From the NCBI GenBank assembly GCA_965205505.1, contig CBDBHB010000007.1, forward strand, positions 544,001 to 608,000: 64,000 bases of DNA, given 5' to 3'. Origin of the DNA: Acidobacteriota bacterium. GTDB taxonomy: Bacteria; Acidobacteriota; UBA890; WLXD01. A model generated the notes under the pieces. The model saw only the letters and a list, made by a program, of their open reading frames with translations. It was not told the origin of the DNA and did not search any database. The translations under genes and the position numbers were made by a program. Positions 19,812 through 29,164 of the stretch are shown in pieces; positions within the stretch are counted from its first letter, which is position 1; the number at the start of each line of letters is the position of its first letter.

Positions 19812-21626
19812 TCAGGACGCGTCGATATGGTCGGCGGCCGGCGGGTAGAATCGGTCGACGCTGTTGCTCATGAGAAAGTGGTAGGCGACCGTGTTGGGCG
19901 GCTCCAGCGGACGATCGGCCGGGGCTTGTTGCCAGGGCATCACCTGGCGGAATGCTTCCCAGGACGCCGTCGGCGCTTCCCCGAAACGGCGCGAAGGGTC
20001 CTGGATTTTCCGGATATCCATCCAATAGGCGGCCGTCATCAGGTCCTGTGCGAGCAGCCGCATGGTGGACCGAACGACGGCGCGTGCGCGCGTCACCTTT
20101 AGAAAGGTCTGCGCTTGGAGTTCTTCCACCGCGTCGCTTACCGGAACGCCCTCGGGGGTCAGCGGATGCGAGAGGATCTGGATCTCTTGCCAGATCGCCG
20201 TGGGATCGTAGCCGATCCCCCAGGGGGCGGCGTTCGCGCGCTGCTCGGGCGTCAGCACGTCCTCGGGCGAGACCACTGTGAAGAAGGGATTGCCGAACCG
20301 GTAGATGCGTTGGACGACGGCGACATCCATGTTGGCGAGCGCGTTGGTGAAGGCCTCGATTTCGTTGGCCATGGGAATAGGGATCCCAGTTCGCGTTCGA
20401 AAAAATGAAGCCGCTCTGACCGTTGCTGTGCTCGCCGCCGCGCACGTAGTATTTCATCGCCTGCGGCGTGTTCAGCTCCCAGCTGTCTTCGGGCGAGACT
20501 CCCACGAGCACGGCGGGATTCTGGTCGGATGAGTTGATCTGCAGGAGCACCGTGTCTCGCAGCATCGCCCAGGCCTTCCAGGCCGAGCCCTGCCGCGCAT
20601 AGGAGGCGCGCATGCTCACCGGGTCCTGGATGATCCGTTGCGGATCATCGTCGAACAGATAGCTGCCGCGGAGCATGTCAAGCACCCGCGCGGCGTCGAG
20701 ATTGAGCCATTTGAAAGGCCGGTTCGCCTGCACCGGCGAGGTGAGCGGCATCACGCTGCTGTTGAGCGCGGCCAGATCCATCGCATAGATGAGGTCGGCC
20801 CAGTCGATCGCCGCGCGCCCCTCGGCGACCAGCAGCGCCGCCTGGCCGACGGCGTAGGCGTTGGTGCTGAAGAAGGCGGAGGTGTAGACTGCTCGAGCGG
20901 CTCGAGCGGCTCGAGCGGCTCGAGCGGCGACAGCCCCGCCGCCTCGAGCGCCTGTGCGGCAGTCATGCGCTCGCCCTGGTAGTAGGCGAAGCCTTCCCCG
21001 CCCATCACCGCCAGCACATTGCCCATCTGCGACAGGTCCGCCTCGCCGAGCGAGCCGCGCGAATATACGGCCGGCGTCACCCGCGAGTTGAGCATGTCGA
21101 CGAGAATCTGGCTCAGCCCCGGGCTCGCCGCCTCATAGACCATCGTGTTGGCCCGCACCGCCATCAGCGCGCGCACGATCTCCTCGTCGGAGACTTCCGG
21201 GCCGATACCGCGCTGGGCGCCGGCGCGAAACGCCCGCTTGCGGCGGTTGTAGATATAGTCGCGGTTTTCGGGCGCCAGCGGATCGCCGGTGAACAGCGAG
21301 ACCTCGCGCCCCGATCCCGCGCCGCGATTGAAGCCATAGATCGCAACGCCCTCGGTCGACGCTTGGCGAATCAGGCCGAACGCCTCGTTCTGGCGTTGCC
21401 TGGCCTCGGGGCTCAGCTCCACCTTGGCACCGTACCTGGCGATGTCGACGACCTGCTCGATAGTCATGTCCTCGCCGGTCAGCACGATGCTGCGGTCGAC
21501 CATCGTCGCCGTAATCGAATGATAGGAGGGCGGCGCCTCGGTCATTTGCGCTTGGGCGATGCCGCAGCTAAGCAACGCCGCCGCCACTGCGATCGGCGCT
21601 CCCCGTGACCGTGCCTTATTCATCAT
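19812..21626 (-). pseudogene. Aromatic amino acid ammonia-lyase (HAL/PAL)-like gene with two frameshifts (~20890, ~20377)
   Basis: 'IYGFNRGAG', 'VRALMAVRAN', 'IQDP.S.R', 'INSSDQNP', 'SNANWDPY' spread over three frames. Confidence 0.8.
20892..20927. repeat. Tandem repeat (CTCGAGCGG)x4
   Basis: Four perfect 9-bp units encoding PLE repeats, adjacent to a frameshift. Confidence 0.95.
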
Positions 21627-21878
21627 CACGACATCCCCGTCCAAGAGTCACCGTCCGCTGTCTTCATTCCTGGTAGGCGCGCGGCATGGCGCGCGAAACA
21701 CAGGATTGGCCTCGCTTCGGCTACTCTACGTCTGCCCAGTGGGGTCTTTCGAGGACTAATCTACGAGTTTTCTTCGCCCTGAGTGGACGGGCCGCTGGTG
21801 CGCGGGTCCGCCTATCGCCTCTTTGAAATCGAATACCGGTCCTGTACTCACGGCACTTGCCTACTGGAGGCTCCCGGA

Positions 21879-23624
21879 ATGGGGTTGCGCGGCATAGTTG
21901 CTTTGCTCGCCTTGGCCCAGGCGTCCATTGGATCAGATGGCTCGCTCGCGGACATGGTTTTCGTGAATGGCGCCGTTTACACGGTTGATGCCGCGCGAAG
22001 CTGGGCGTCCGCGGTGGTCGTGACCGGTGATCGAATCACTTATGTCGGGGACGATGCCACTGCGCGCGATTTCGCCGGCCCGGCGACACGTGTCGTCGAC
22101 CTCGGGCGGCGCATGCTGCTACCAGGCTTCCAGGACTCCCATGTGCACCCTGGGATGGTTCCCAATCCGGCCGACTACGTAAGGCTCGACGGCCTGATTC
22201 GTCGCCAGGAGGTACTCGAGAGGCTTCGACAGTATGCCCAGGCGCGTCCCGAAAAACCCTGGATAGAGGGCGGCGGCTGGGACGAGACGGCGTTTCTTCC
22301 CAGCGGCCTACCCACCCGGGAGATGCTCGATAGCGTGGTCCCGGACCGACCCGCCTATCTGGTTAACAACTCCGGCCACGGCGGCTGGGCCAATTCGCTG
22401 GCGCTGGCCGCCGCGGGCATCAGCGCCGATACCGCCGACCCGCCCAACGGACGAATCGAGCGCGACGCGGACGGTCAGCCCACGGGCGCACTGCACGAGG
22501 AGTCGGCAATGGCGCTGGTCGACGCCGTCATTCCGCCGCTGACGGCCGAGGCGCGCGTGCTGAATCTGTCGGCGGCGCTGGACGAAATGAGTCGACTGGG
22601 CATTACGGCGCTCGAAGACGCCATGGCCACTCCCGAGATCGCGCGCGCCTACAAGACGCTGGACGAGCGCGGCGAACTGAAACAGCGCACCAACCTGTGT
22701 CTGCCCCACAGCCCCGCCGAAGACGACGACGCTCAGATCCAATCGTTCCTGACCCAACGCGCCGAGCTTGCCGGTCGTCGGCTACGGGCTAGCTGCGTGA
22801 AGCTCTTTCTCGACGGCGCCTACGGGTCTCACACGGTGGTCTTACTCGAGCCGTATAGCGACGATCCGAAGAGGTACGGTAAGGGTGAGCTTTTTATCGA
22901 ACAGAGCCGACTCGATCGTCTTGTCACCCGCCTGGACGCCGAGGGTTTTCAGGTGCACGCACACGCTCAAGGCGACGGCGCCGTGCGTGCCGCCCTCGAT
23001 GCCTTTGCCGAGGCTCGTCGGCACAACGGCTTTCGCGATAACCGGCACACAATCGCCCACCTGTGTCTGATCGACGCCGCCGACATCCCACGATTCAGAA
23101 CCCTCGGTGTGATCGCCAACATGACCCCCTTGTGGAGCCTTGGTGACGCCTGGGAAACGGTGTTTGCGCCACGCCTATTCGGGCCGGAGCGCAGCCAGCG
23201 TATCTTCCAGACTCGAACTCTCCTGGGCTCGGGCGTGATGATCGCCTGGGGCTCGGACTGGGACGTCACCGGAGTTTCACCCCTCGACGGCCTCGAGACC
23301 GCTACCACCCACCGCTATCCCGGCGGCATAGATCTCGCCGGCAATGAGGACAGCGCCTGGATTCCTGAGGAGAGGATCAGCCTGGAGCAAGCGATCGTCG
23401 CCTACACCAGCGCTGGGGCCTATCTCATGCACGCCGACAGCACGAGAGGATCGCTCTCGGCAGGAAACCTGGCTGACTTCGTCGTTCTGGACAGCAATCT
23501 CTTTGAAAGGAATCCCCTGGAGATCCACACCGTGCAGGTCGACATGACGGTCGTCGGTGGACAGTTGGTGTACACGGCGCCTGTCCCGGCTTCACCGAGC
23601 GATGCTGCCCCTTCCCGCAGTTAG
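21879..23624 (+). CDS. Amidohydrolase 3 family (YtcJ-like), exported
   Basis: 'PGFQDSHVH', 'KLFLDG', 'HAQGD', 'RHTIAH', 'GSDW', 'G.LADFVVLD'. Confidence 0.9.
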   Translation: MGLRGIVALLALAQASIGSDGSLADMVFVNGAVYTVDAARSWASAVVVTGDRITYVGDDATARDFAGPATRVVDLGRRMLLPGFQDSHVHPGMVPNPADYVRLDGLIRRQEVLERLRQYAQARPEKPWIEGGGWDETAFLPSGLPTREMLDSVVPDRPAYLVNNSGHGGWANSLALAAAGISADTADPPNGRIERDADGQPTGALHEESAMALVDAVIPPLTAEARVLNLSAALDEMSRLGITALEDAMATPEIARAYKTLDERGELKQRTNLCLPHSPAEDDDAQIQSFLTQRAELAGRRLRASCVKLFLDGAYGSHTVVLLEPYSDDPKRYGKGELFIEQSRLDRLVTRLDAEGFQVHAHAQGDGAVRAALDAFAEARRHNGFRDNRHTIAHLCLIDAADIPRFRTLGVIANMTPLWSLGDAWETVFAPRLFGPERSQRIFQTRTLLGSGVMIAWGSDWDVTGVSPLDGLETATTHRYPGGIDLAGNEDSAWIPEERISLEQAIVAYTSAGAYLMHADSTRGSLSAGNLADFVVLDSNLFERNPLEIHTVQVDMTVVGGQLVYTAPVPASPSDAAPSRS

Positions 23625-23635
23625 AGCGAGCGACG

Positions 23636-25102
23636 CTAGTCCCCGGCCTTGACGACCTCCTTCATGTACCAGTTGACGAAGCCGTTGGGGCCGCCCTCGA
23701 AGGTGGAGTAGCGACTGGCAGCGTAGGCGCCGGACTCGATGCCCACGTGGTTGTTGTCGGTGATCCAGATGTCTTCCAGGAGCGTGATGTACCACAGCGC
23801 CTTGACGTTGTCCGGATCATAGTCGCGACCCTCGACGGCGTCGGGATGCACCAGCCAGACAGTCTCGCAATCGGTGAGCTTCTCCGTCCGCGGCGTGAAC
23901 CGTGCTACCACAACGTGATCGTCGTAGGCTTGCCAGAAGCCGGTGGTCTGGCCTGACCCGGCTTGGTCAGTCTCGTGGTTCCACCCTGTGATGTTGGGAA
24001 GGAGGATTGAGACCGGCTTGCCGTCGACCGACCCGGTGATGAAGCCGGGATTGAGCAACCCACCCATGCTCCCGGTGAGCTGCCCCGGTCGGGACTCCTC
24101 CGGAACCCACGCCGCGACCTCAGCAGCCCTTTCGTTTCTCTGCTCGCGCGTGAGCTCCAGATTCCAGTTGTGCGTCGCCACCAGATTCGTGTGCGACGGG
24201 CCGCAGTGATAGCACTCCCTGAAGTTCTCGATGAACAGCTTCCAGTTGGCGTTGATCGGGACGTATTCGCGTGCCGCGACCTTCAGATCCTCGAGGCTCC
24301 ACTTCTCGCCGATGTCCCTCACCGAGCTCACAGCCGACTCGAAGTCCGGCGGCGTGTCCGACTTGGACAGGTTGACGAAGACCTGGCCTTCGGCGACCCG
24401 CGTGTGGCAGGGAAGCAAACCGTTGTCGGCCGGGTCGAAGTCGTCCTGCATGCCGTAGGCGTAGATCAGGTTGCCTTCGGTGTCGTACGTCCAGGCGTGG
24501 TATGGGCAGCGGAACACCGGTGAGTTACCGGACTGGCCGAGCTGCTTGACCGACAGGCGCGGGTCGCTCGGGGGCGCGTCGGCATCGTGGCGGCACAGGC
24601 GCGAGCCGCGGTGGCGGCAGACGTTGTAGAAGCCTCGGATCTCGTTATCCGTACCACGGACGATCAGGATGGACTCGGAGCGACCGAACTCGAATACGTA
24701 GAAGTCACCCGGGTTCGGAATGCGGCTCGCCTGGTCGGTGTACTGCCAGATGTTCTCGGCCAAGAACGCTTCATCGGCGTCGAAGTGCTTTGGGTCGAGG
24801 TAGTACTCGGCGGGAAGGGTCAGGCCGTCCTTCCAGACGTCCGCGCTGGCTCTCTGGGGGACCGGCGTGGTCAAGGGAGCCGCATCCCCGCCACCGTAGC
24901 CACCGGGCTCGTCTGGCATCTCGACACGAGCCGCACGACCATAGGTCGTCTTCGTCGCGGCGCTCTTGACCGGGGTCGAGCCGAGCAACGTGTTCGGCAG
25001 GGCGACAGCCGCGGTGCCGGCGGCGACCGAGGTCTTTGCGAAGGTCCGGCGGCTGAGCTTGGTATCCGCGCCGTTCGTCTCGCCTGTATCTCGCTTGCTC
25101 AT
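23636..25102 (-). CDS. Rieske non-heme iron oxygenase alpha subunit with Tat-like N-terminus
   Basis: 'NVCRHRG', 'CPYHAWTY', 'ANWKL..ENF.ECYHC...H'; 'LSRRTF'. Confidence 0.9.
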   Translation of the reverse strand: MSKRDTGETNGADTKLSRRTFAKTSVAAGTAAVALPNTLLGSTPVKSAATKTTYGRAARVEMPDEPGGYGGGDAAPLTTPVPQRASADVWKDGLTLPAEYYLDPKHFDADEAFLAENIWQYTDQASRIPNPGDFYVFEFGRSESILIVRGTDNEIRGFYNVCRHRGSRLCRHDADAPPSDPRLSVKQLGQSGNSPVFRCPYHAWTYDTEGNLIYAYGMQDDFDPADNGLLPCHTRVAEGQVFVNLSKSDTPPDFESAVSSVRDIGEKWSLEDLKVAAREYVPINANWKLFIENFRECYHCGPSHTNLVATHNWNLELTREQRNERAAEVAAWVPEESRPGQLTGSMGGLLNPGFITGSVDGKPVSILLPNITGWNHETDQAGSGQTTGFWQAYDDHVVVARFTPRTEKLTDCETVWLVHPDAVEGRDYDPDNVKALWYITLLEDIWITDNNHVGIESGAYAASRYSTFEGGPNGFVNWYMKEVVKAGD

Positions 25103-25243
25103 GCCGCCCTCCATCCGTCGAGTCCGAAACTGCAGTGCCCCTTCCGCTTGCCACGACGAGCGGTACCAGGAACCCGGTGATATTACAACCGTAGCGCCGT
25201 CACCTGGCGGTCGAGGCGAGGGTGCACCCTCGCCTCGCGTCGA

Positions 25244-27637
25244 TCACGGCGAGTCATCGGTTCCCTGCAGCCGGAGCAAGAACAGGCCCTCGCGCTGGCT
25301 GCTGACGGCGACAACCCCGCTCTTGAAATAGGGGTAGTTGCTCCACGCGCCGACGGACGTCACGCCGGCCACACCGAAGCCGCCGTCATCGCCCCACGGA
25401 ACGGTGTCGAGGAAGCCGATCGGGCGCATGCGCTCGCGATCGCTGATGTCGTACACGCGCAGGCCGCTGCGGAGGACGGATTGGTACATCACGTCGCCGA
25501 GGATATAGAGGTTGTGGTCGGTACCCGTGGTCTCGGAGACGTACTCGCCGACGAGGATCGGGTCGTCGAGCTCGGAGATGTCGAAGATCATCGTGCGCGC
25601 GCCGGGGGTGAGCCCGTTGATCTCGTCCAGCTCGTCGTTCAGGTAGAAGTACCGGTGGTCGTCGGAGACCCCGCCCTGGTGCGTGTAGCCGACGTTCGGG
25701 TAGGTGGCGATCGACACCGCCACCGGGTTCCGCTTGTCGGTGACGTCGGCGATGCTGACCGCCGTTGCGTTCGACCCGATGCAGATCTCGTGGCCCGCGT
25801 AACGCTCGTCGGGGCCGCTGTAGATGATGCACTGGGCGTCGTGTGTGTAACCGGTGCCTCGGCCGGTGTTGGTGTCGGCGAAGCAGCCCTCGAAGATCGG
25901 CTGCCGCGGGTCCTCGACGTTGATCATGTGGAGCCCGCCACCACAGGTCTCGCCGCCGCCGCTGGCGCCGACGACGTAGGCGTAGGGGGTGCCCTCGTCG
26001 ATGACGATGTTGTGGGCGCTGTGGATGCGGTCGTAGTGCGCGTCCTCCGAAAAGGCGAGCGGCTCACCCTCGAACTCGCGCAGGTGTGCCAGATCGAAGA
26101 TCTGCACGCCGTGCTCGCCGGCGCCGTCGGCGACGATGAACACGTGGTCGCCGTAGATCTTGAGGTCGCGCCACAGACTCGGCGTCGCGCCCTCAGTCTT
26201 CTCGATGCTGCCGACCCACACGGGAGCGTACGGGTCGGTGACGTCGACGAAGGAGGTACGGTCGCTCATCCCGACGATGGCGTATTCGCGGCCGGTCTCG
26301 GGATCGGCCCACCCCCACATGTCGTTGACCCCGACGCCACGGCTGCCGCCGAGCTCGTGGATCGGCATGAAGGCCACCAGGTCGACGTTGTCGCAGGGGA
26401 AGATGGCGGCCATGCCGTCGACGCACTCGATGGTCTCGCCGATGAGTGGCTCGAGCCGCGCCTCCTCGCTGAGCACACGGGCGCGGTCCCAGCCGCCGAG
26501 GCCGCGGCTCATGATCACGGCGGTGCCGGCGCTGTAATCGTCCCCGGGAATGCCGGCCGCGACGACATCGCCCCAAGCCGCCAGGGAGGCTCCCATCTGG
26601 GTGCGGCCCAGGAGGCCCATCGCGCCGATCTTGCTCGCGGTGGTCCAGTTGCCCGTGCCGTCCCGCCGGAAGTGGTAGACGTCTCCTGTCCCACCGTTGG
26701 CGCCGGGGGCGCCTACGAAGGCTTCGTCATTGTCGAAGACCACCGCCGTGCCGAAGCGGCTGCCGGCCGGAGCGTCGTACGGCACCAGCGTGCCATGCTG
26801 GACCCACTCGCCGGCAGGCTCGTCGAATCGGTAGGCGTAGACCGCCCCGGCGCCGTCGTCGACACCCGGCGAGCCGATCATCACCTCACCGTCGCCGGAG
26901 CCCATAGTGGAGCCGAAGGCGTCTCCCGCGGCGGACTCGAGGCCCGCCAGGCTGCCGGCAGGTTGCCAGCCGTTGCCCTGGCGCCGAAACATGTGCACGC
27001 GCCCCGGATTCGTTCCCCCTCCCGGCGCCCCGACGAAGAGCCAGTCCCCCCAGACGGTTACGCTGCTGCCGAAGTTGGACGGCGCGACTCCCTCGTCCTC
27101 TGCCTCGTCCGCGGCGTCCTCGGGACGCAACTTGGAGAGGAGCTCCCAGCCCGCACCCCCGCGGCGGTAGAGGTAGACGGCGCCGATCCCGTCGTCGCGC
27201 TGTGGCGCCCCCACCGCCATGATGCCGCGCGCTGCTGCCATCGAGCCGCCGAACTGGTCCCCGGCGGTACCGTCGTCCGGCGCCACCCGTCCTACCTCGA
27301 CCCAGCTCCTGCCTCGGCGCTCGAAGACGTAGGCGGCCCCCGCGCCCGCCTGCGTCGCGCCGACGAGCACCCGCTCCCCGGCTACCGCCAGCGACGCGCC
27401 GAACCCGTCTCCGACGGAGGAATCGGAGCGCGTGAGGCGCTGGAACTCCACCCAGCCCCCGGAGCCCGGCCGGTACACGTAGACGATGCCGGGGCCGGCC
27501 TGGTTGGCCGGCTCGCCAATGAGGATCTCGCCCTCGACGGCGGCGACCGCACGGCCGAAGCCGAGCTGCGCTTCGGCGGGGCTCGCCAGCGCGAGCGCGA
27601 GAAGGGTGAGACAGATCACGGGGACGTGCTTGCTCAT
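25244..27637 (-). CDS. Exported FG-GAP repeat / choice-of-anchor B family protein
   Basis: Repeated 'FG.S/A...VGAP...GAVY'; 'NDMWGWADP..GREYA', 'WRDLK', 'SAHNI', 'YTHQG', 'GAWSNYPYF.SG'. Confidence 0.8.
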   Translation of the reverse strand: MSKHVPVICLTLLALALASPAEAQLGFGRAVAAVEGEILIGEPANQAGPGIVYVYRPGSGGWVEFQRLTRSDSSVGDGFGASLAVAGERVLVGATQAGAGAAYVFERRGRSWVEVGRVAPDDGTAGDQFGGSMAAARGIMAVGAPQRDDGIGAVYLYRRGGAGWELLSKLRPEDAADEAEDEGVAPSNFGSSVTVWGDWLFVGAPGGGTNPGRVHMFRRQGNGWQPAGSLAGLESAAGDAFGSTMGSGDGEVMIGSPGVDDGAGAVYAYRFDEPAGEWVQHGTLVPYDAPAGSRFGTAVVFDNDEAFVGAPGANGGTGDVYHFRRDGTGNWTTASKIGAMGLLGRTQMGASLAAWGDVVAAGIPGDDYSAGTAVIMSRGLGGWDRARVLSEEARLEPLIGETIECVDGMAAIFPCDNVDLVAFMPIHELGGSRGVGVNDMWGWADPETGREYAIVGMSDRTSFVDVTDPYAPVWVGSIEKTEGATPSLWRDLKIYGDHVFIVADGAGEHGVQIFDLAHLREFEGEPLAFSEDAHYDRIHSAHNIVIDEGTPYAYVVGASGGGETCGGGLHMINVEDPRQPIFEGCFADTNTGRGTGYTHDAQCIIYSGPDERYAGHEICIGSNATAVSIADVTDKRNPVAVSIATYPNVGYTHQGGVSDDHRYFYLNDELDEINGLTPGARTMIFDISELDDPILVGEYVSETTGTDHNLYILGDVMYQSVLRSGLRVYDISDRERMRPIGFLDTVPWGDDGGFGVAGVTSVGAWSNYPYFKSGVVAVSSQREGLFLLRLQGTDDSP

Positions 27638-27750
27638 CGTTCACCTCGTCTTGGCGGCGGATACGGGCACAGCGATGACGGTGGGGCCGTCGAGCCTGGC
27701 GTTGCCGGTGCCACTCCGTCCGCCCGGCGTCGACTCACCACGCGTCGACT

Positions 27751-27785
27751 CTAGCAGGCCGTGGTGAAAGTGTGGCGGGCCTGGC
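27751..27785. mobile_element. Solo end of MITE family A
   Basis: CTAGCAGGCCGTGGTGAAAGTGTGGCGGGCCTGGC. Confidence 0.8.
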
Positions 27786-27963
27786 AATCGACTAGCGGTG
27801 AATCGTTAGGCCCAATGTTTAGGTGGGGACACCGCTTACCGGGCGTCGGGTGGCCTTGTCTTGTTGAGTGCTCATCCCGACAGCCGTGGGCCGGAGACGC
27901 GATTCTGCGAGTGCGAACTGACGACGGCCACGCCCTTGTCGGTATTCCTAGAGGCAGGCCAGT

Positions 27964-28108
27964 TTCTTGCTAAACTGCGGGCACAGTTTGGGCACAATCG
28001 GCCTCACAAGATCCACCGTGCGGCTCGTAAGTGCCCATGAATAAGGGGGCTCGTAGCTCAGCTGGATAGAGGAGCGGACTGCTAGTCCAAACGGGCGCAG
28101 TTGGTTTC
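27964..28108 (+). repeat. att-like junction A: conserved left arm plus degenerate tRNA-Arg 5' half (28047-28085)
   Basis: TTCTTGCTAAACT, GGGCACA-gttt-GGGCACA, CGTAAGTGCCCATGAATAA, then GGGCTCGTAGCTCAGCTGGATAGAGGAGCGGACTGCTAG. Confidence 0.88.
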
Positions 28109-28214
28109 AGAGGCTGGGCAACGCTATCTGGGAAATCCCGGATACTGTGCCGTCAGGGGACGCAGCGTGGCCGCGGAGCATGCACCAACACCAGGACGAG
28201 AACCGAATTAACTG

Positions 28215-28985
28215 ATGGTCGACGCGGTGCTCACTGACGTCGAGGACGGGATCCGGACGATTAGTTTGAACCGGCCGGACTGCCTCAACGCGATGAACCG
28301 TTCCCTGATCGAGGGTGTTCGCGCCAGCTTCGCGCACGCCAACCGCGATCCGGAGACGAAGGTCATCATCTTCACCGGAGCCGGCAAGGCCTTCTGCGCC
28401 GGCGACGACCTGGACGAGAACCCGCCCCGTGGCGACGAGCCGGCCGTGCGCCCCATGGTGGAAGAGCTGCAGCAGTGCACCCGCGAGATCGTCTTCGGGC
28501 CAAAGATTGTCGTCGGCGCCATCAACGGCTGGGCCGCGGGCGGAGGCTTGGAGTGGGCCATCAACTGCGACCTGACCCTGTGGGCCGAGAGCGCCCGGCC
28601 GTTCTTTCCTGAGATCAAGCTGGGAGTATCGGTGACCGGAGGGGTCACTGCCCTGTTGCCACGGATTGTCGGGTTGGTGAAGGCGCGCGAGATGATGCTG
28701 TTCGGTGCCAAGCTCGGTGCAGCCGAGCTCGCCGGGATGGGGCTGGCCTGGCGGGTCGTGCCCGACGCAGAGCTCATGGACGAGGCCCGCACGGTTGCCG
28801 CCGAGATCGCCGCCCTGCCACAGCGACCCGTGACTGAGATGAAGCGGATGCTCGCGCGGGTCACGATGGCCGAGCTCGAGACAGCGTTGCAGGTGGAGAC
28901 CGAGACGGCGATCCGCGGCGCCCTGAGCCCGGAGGTTGCCGACGGGCTACGGGCTTGGCAGGAGCGGAAACGTGGCGCCTCGTGA
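28215..28985 (+). CDS. Enoyl-CoA hydratase/isomerase family protein
   Basis: 'LNRP..LNA', 'AFCAGDDL', 'AINGWAAGGGLE', 'PE..LG'. Confidence 0.92.
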   Translation: MVDAVLTDVEDGIRTISLNRPDCLNAMNRSLIEGVRASFAHANRDPETKVIIFTGAGKAFCAGDDLDENPPRGDEPAVRPMVEELQQCTREIVFGPKIVVGAINGWAAGGGLEWAINCDLTLWAESARPFFPEIKLGVSVTGGVTALLPRIVGLVKAREMMLFGAKLGAAELAGMGLAWRVVPDAELMDEARTVAAEIAALPQRPVTEMKRMLARVTMAELETALQVETETAIRGALSPEVADGLRAWQERKRGAS

Positions 28986-28989
28986 GGAG

Positions 28990-29048
28990 TCAACGGATGC
29001 TGAGGAACTCGTAGGCCGCCGTGATTTCCTTGAACCTCTTTTCCGTCG
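28990..29048 (-). pseudogene. Tiny J-domain (DnaJ-like) C-terminal fragment
   Basis: Reads 'TEKRFKEITAAYEFLSIR*'. Confidence 0.45.
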
Positions 29049-29164
29049 GCTTGACGAGTTCGGATTAAACGCGAATGTACCATTACCGATTCCGTAGGTT
29101 GCGGGTGCCGCTGCCTACCCCGGCGGCAAGAATGCAGCCCGATCAAAGAGGAGGAGGGGAGACG

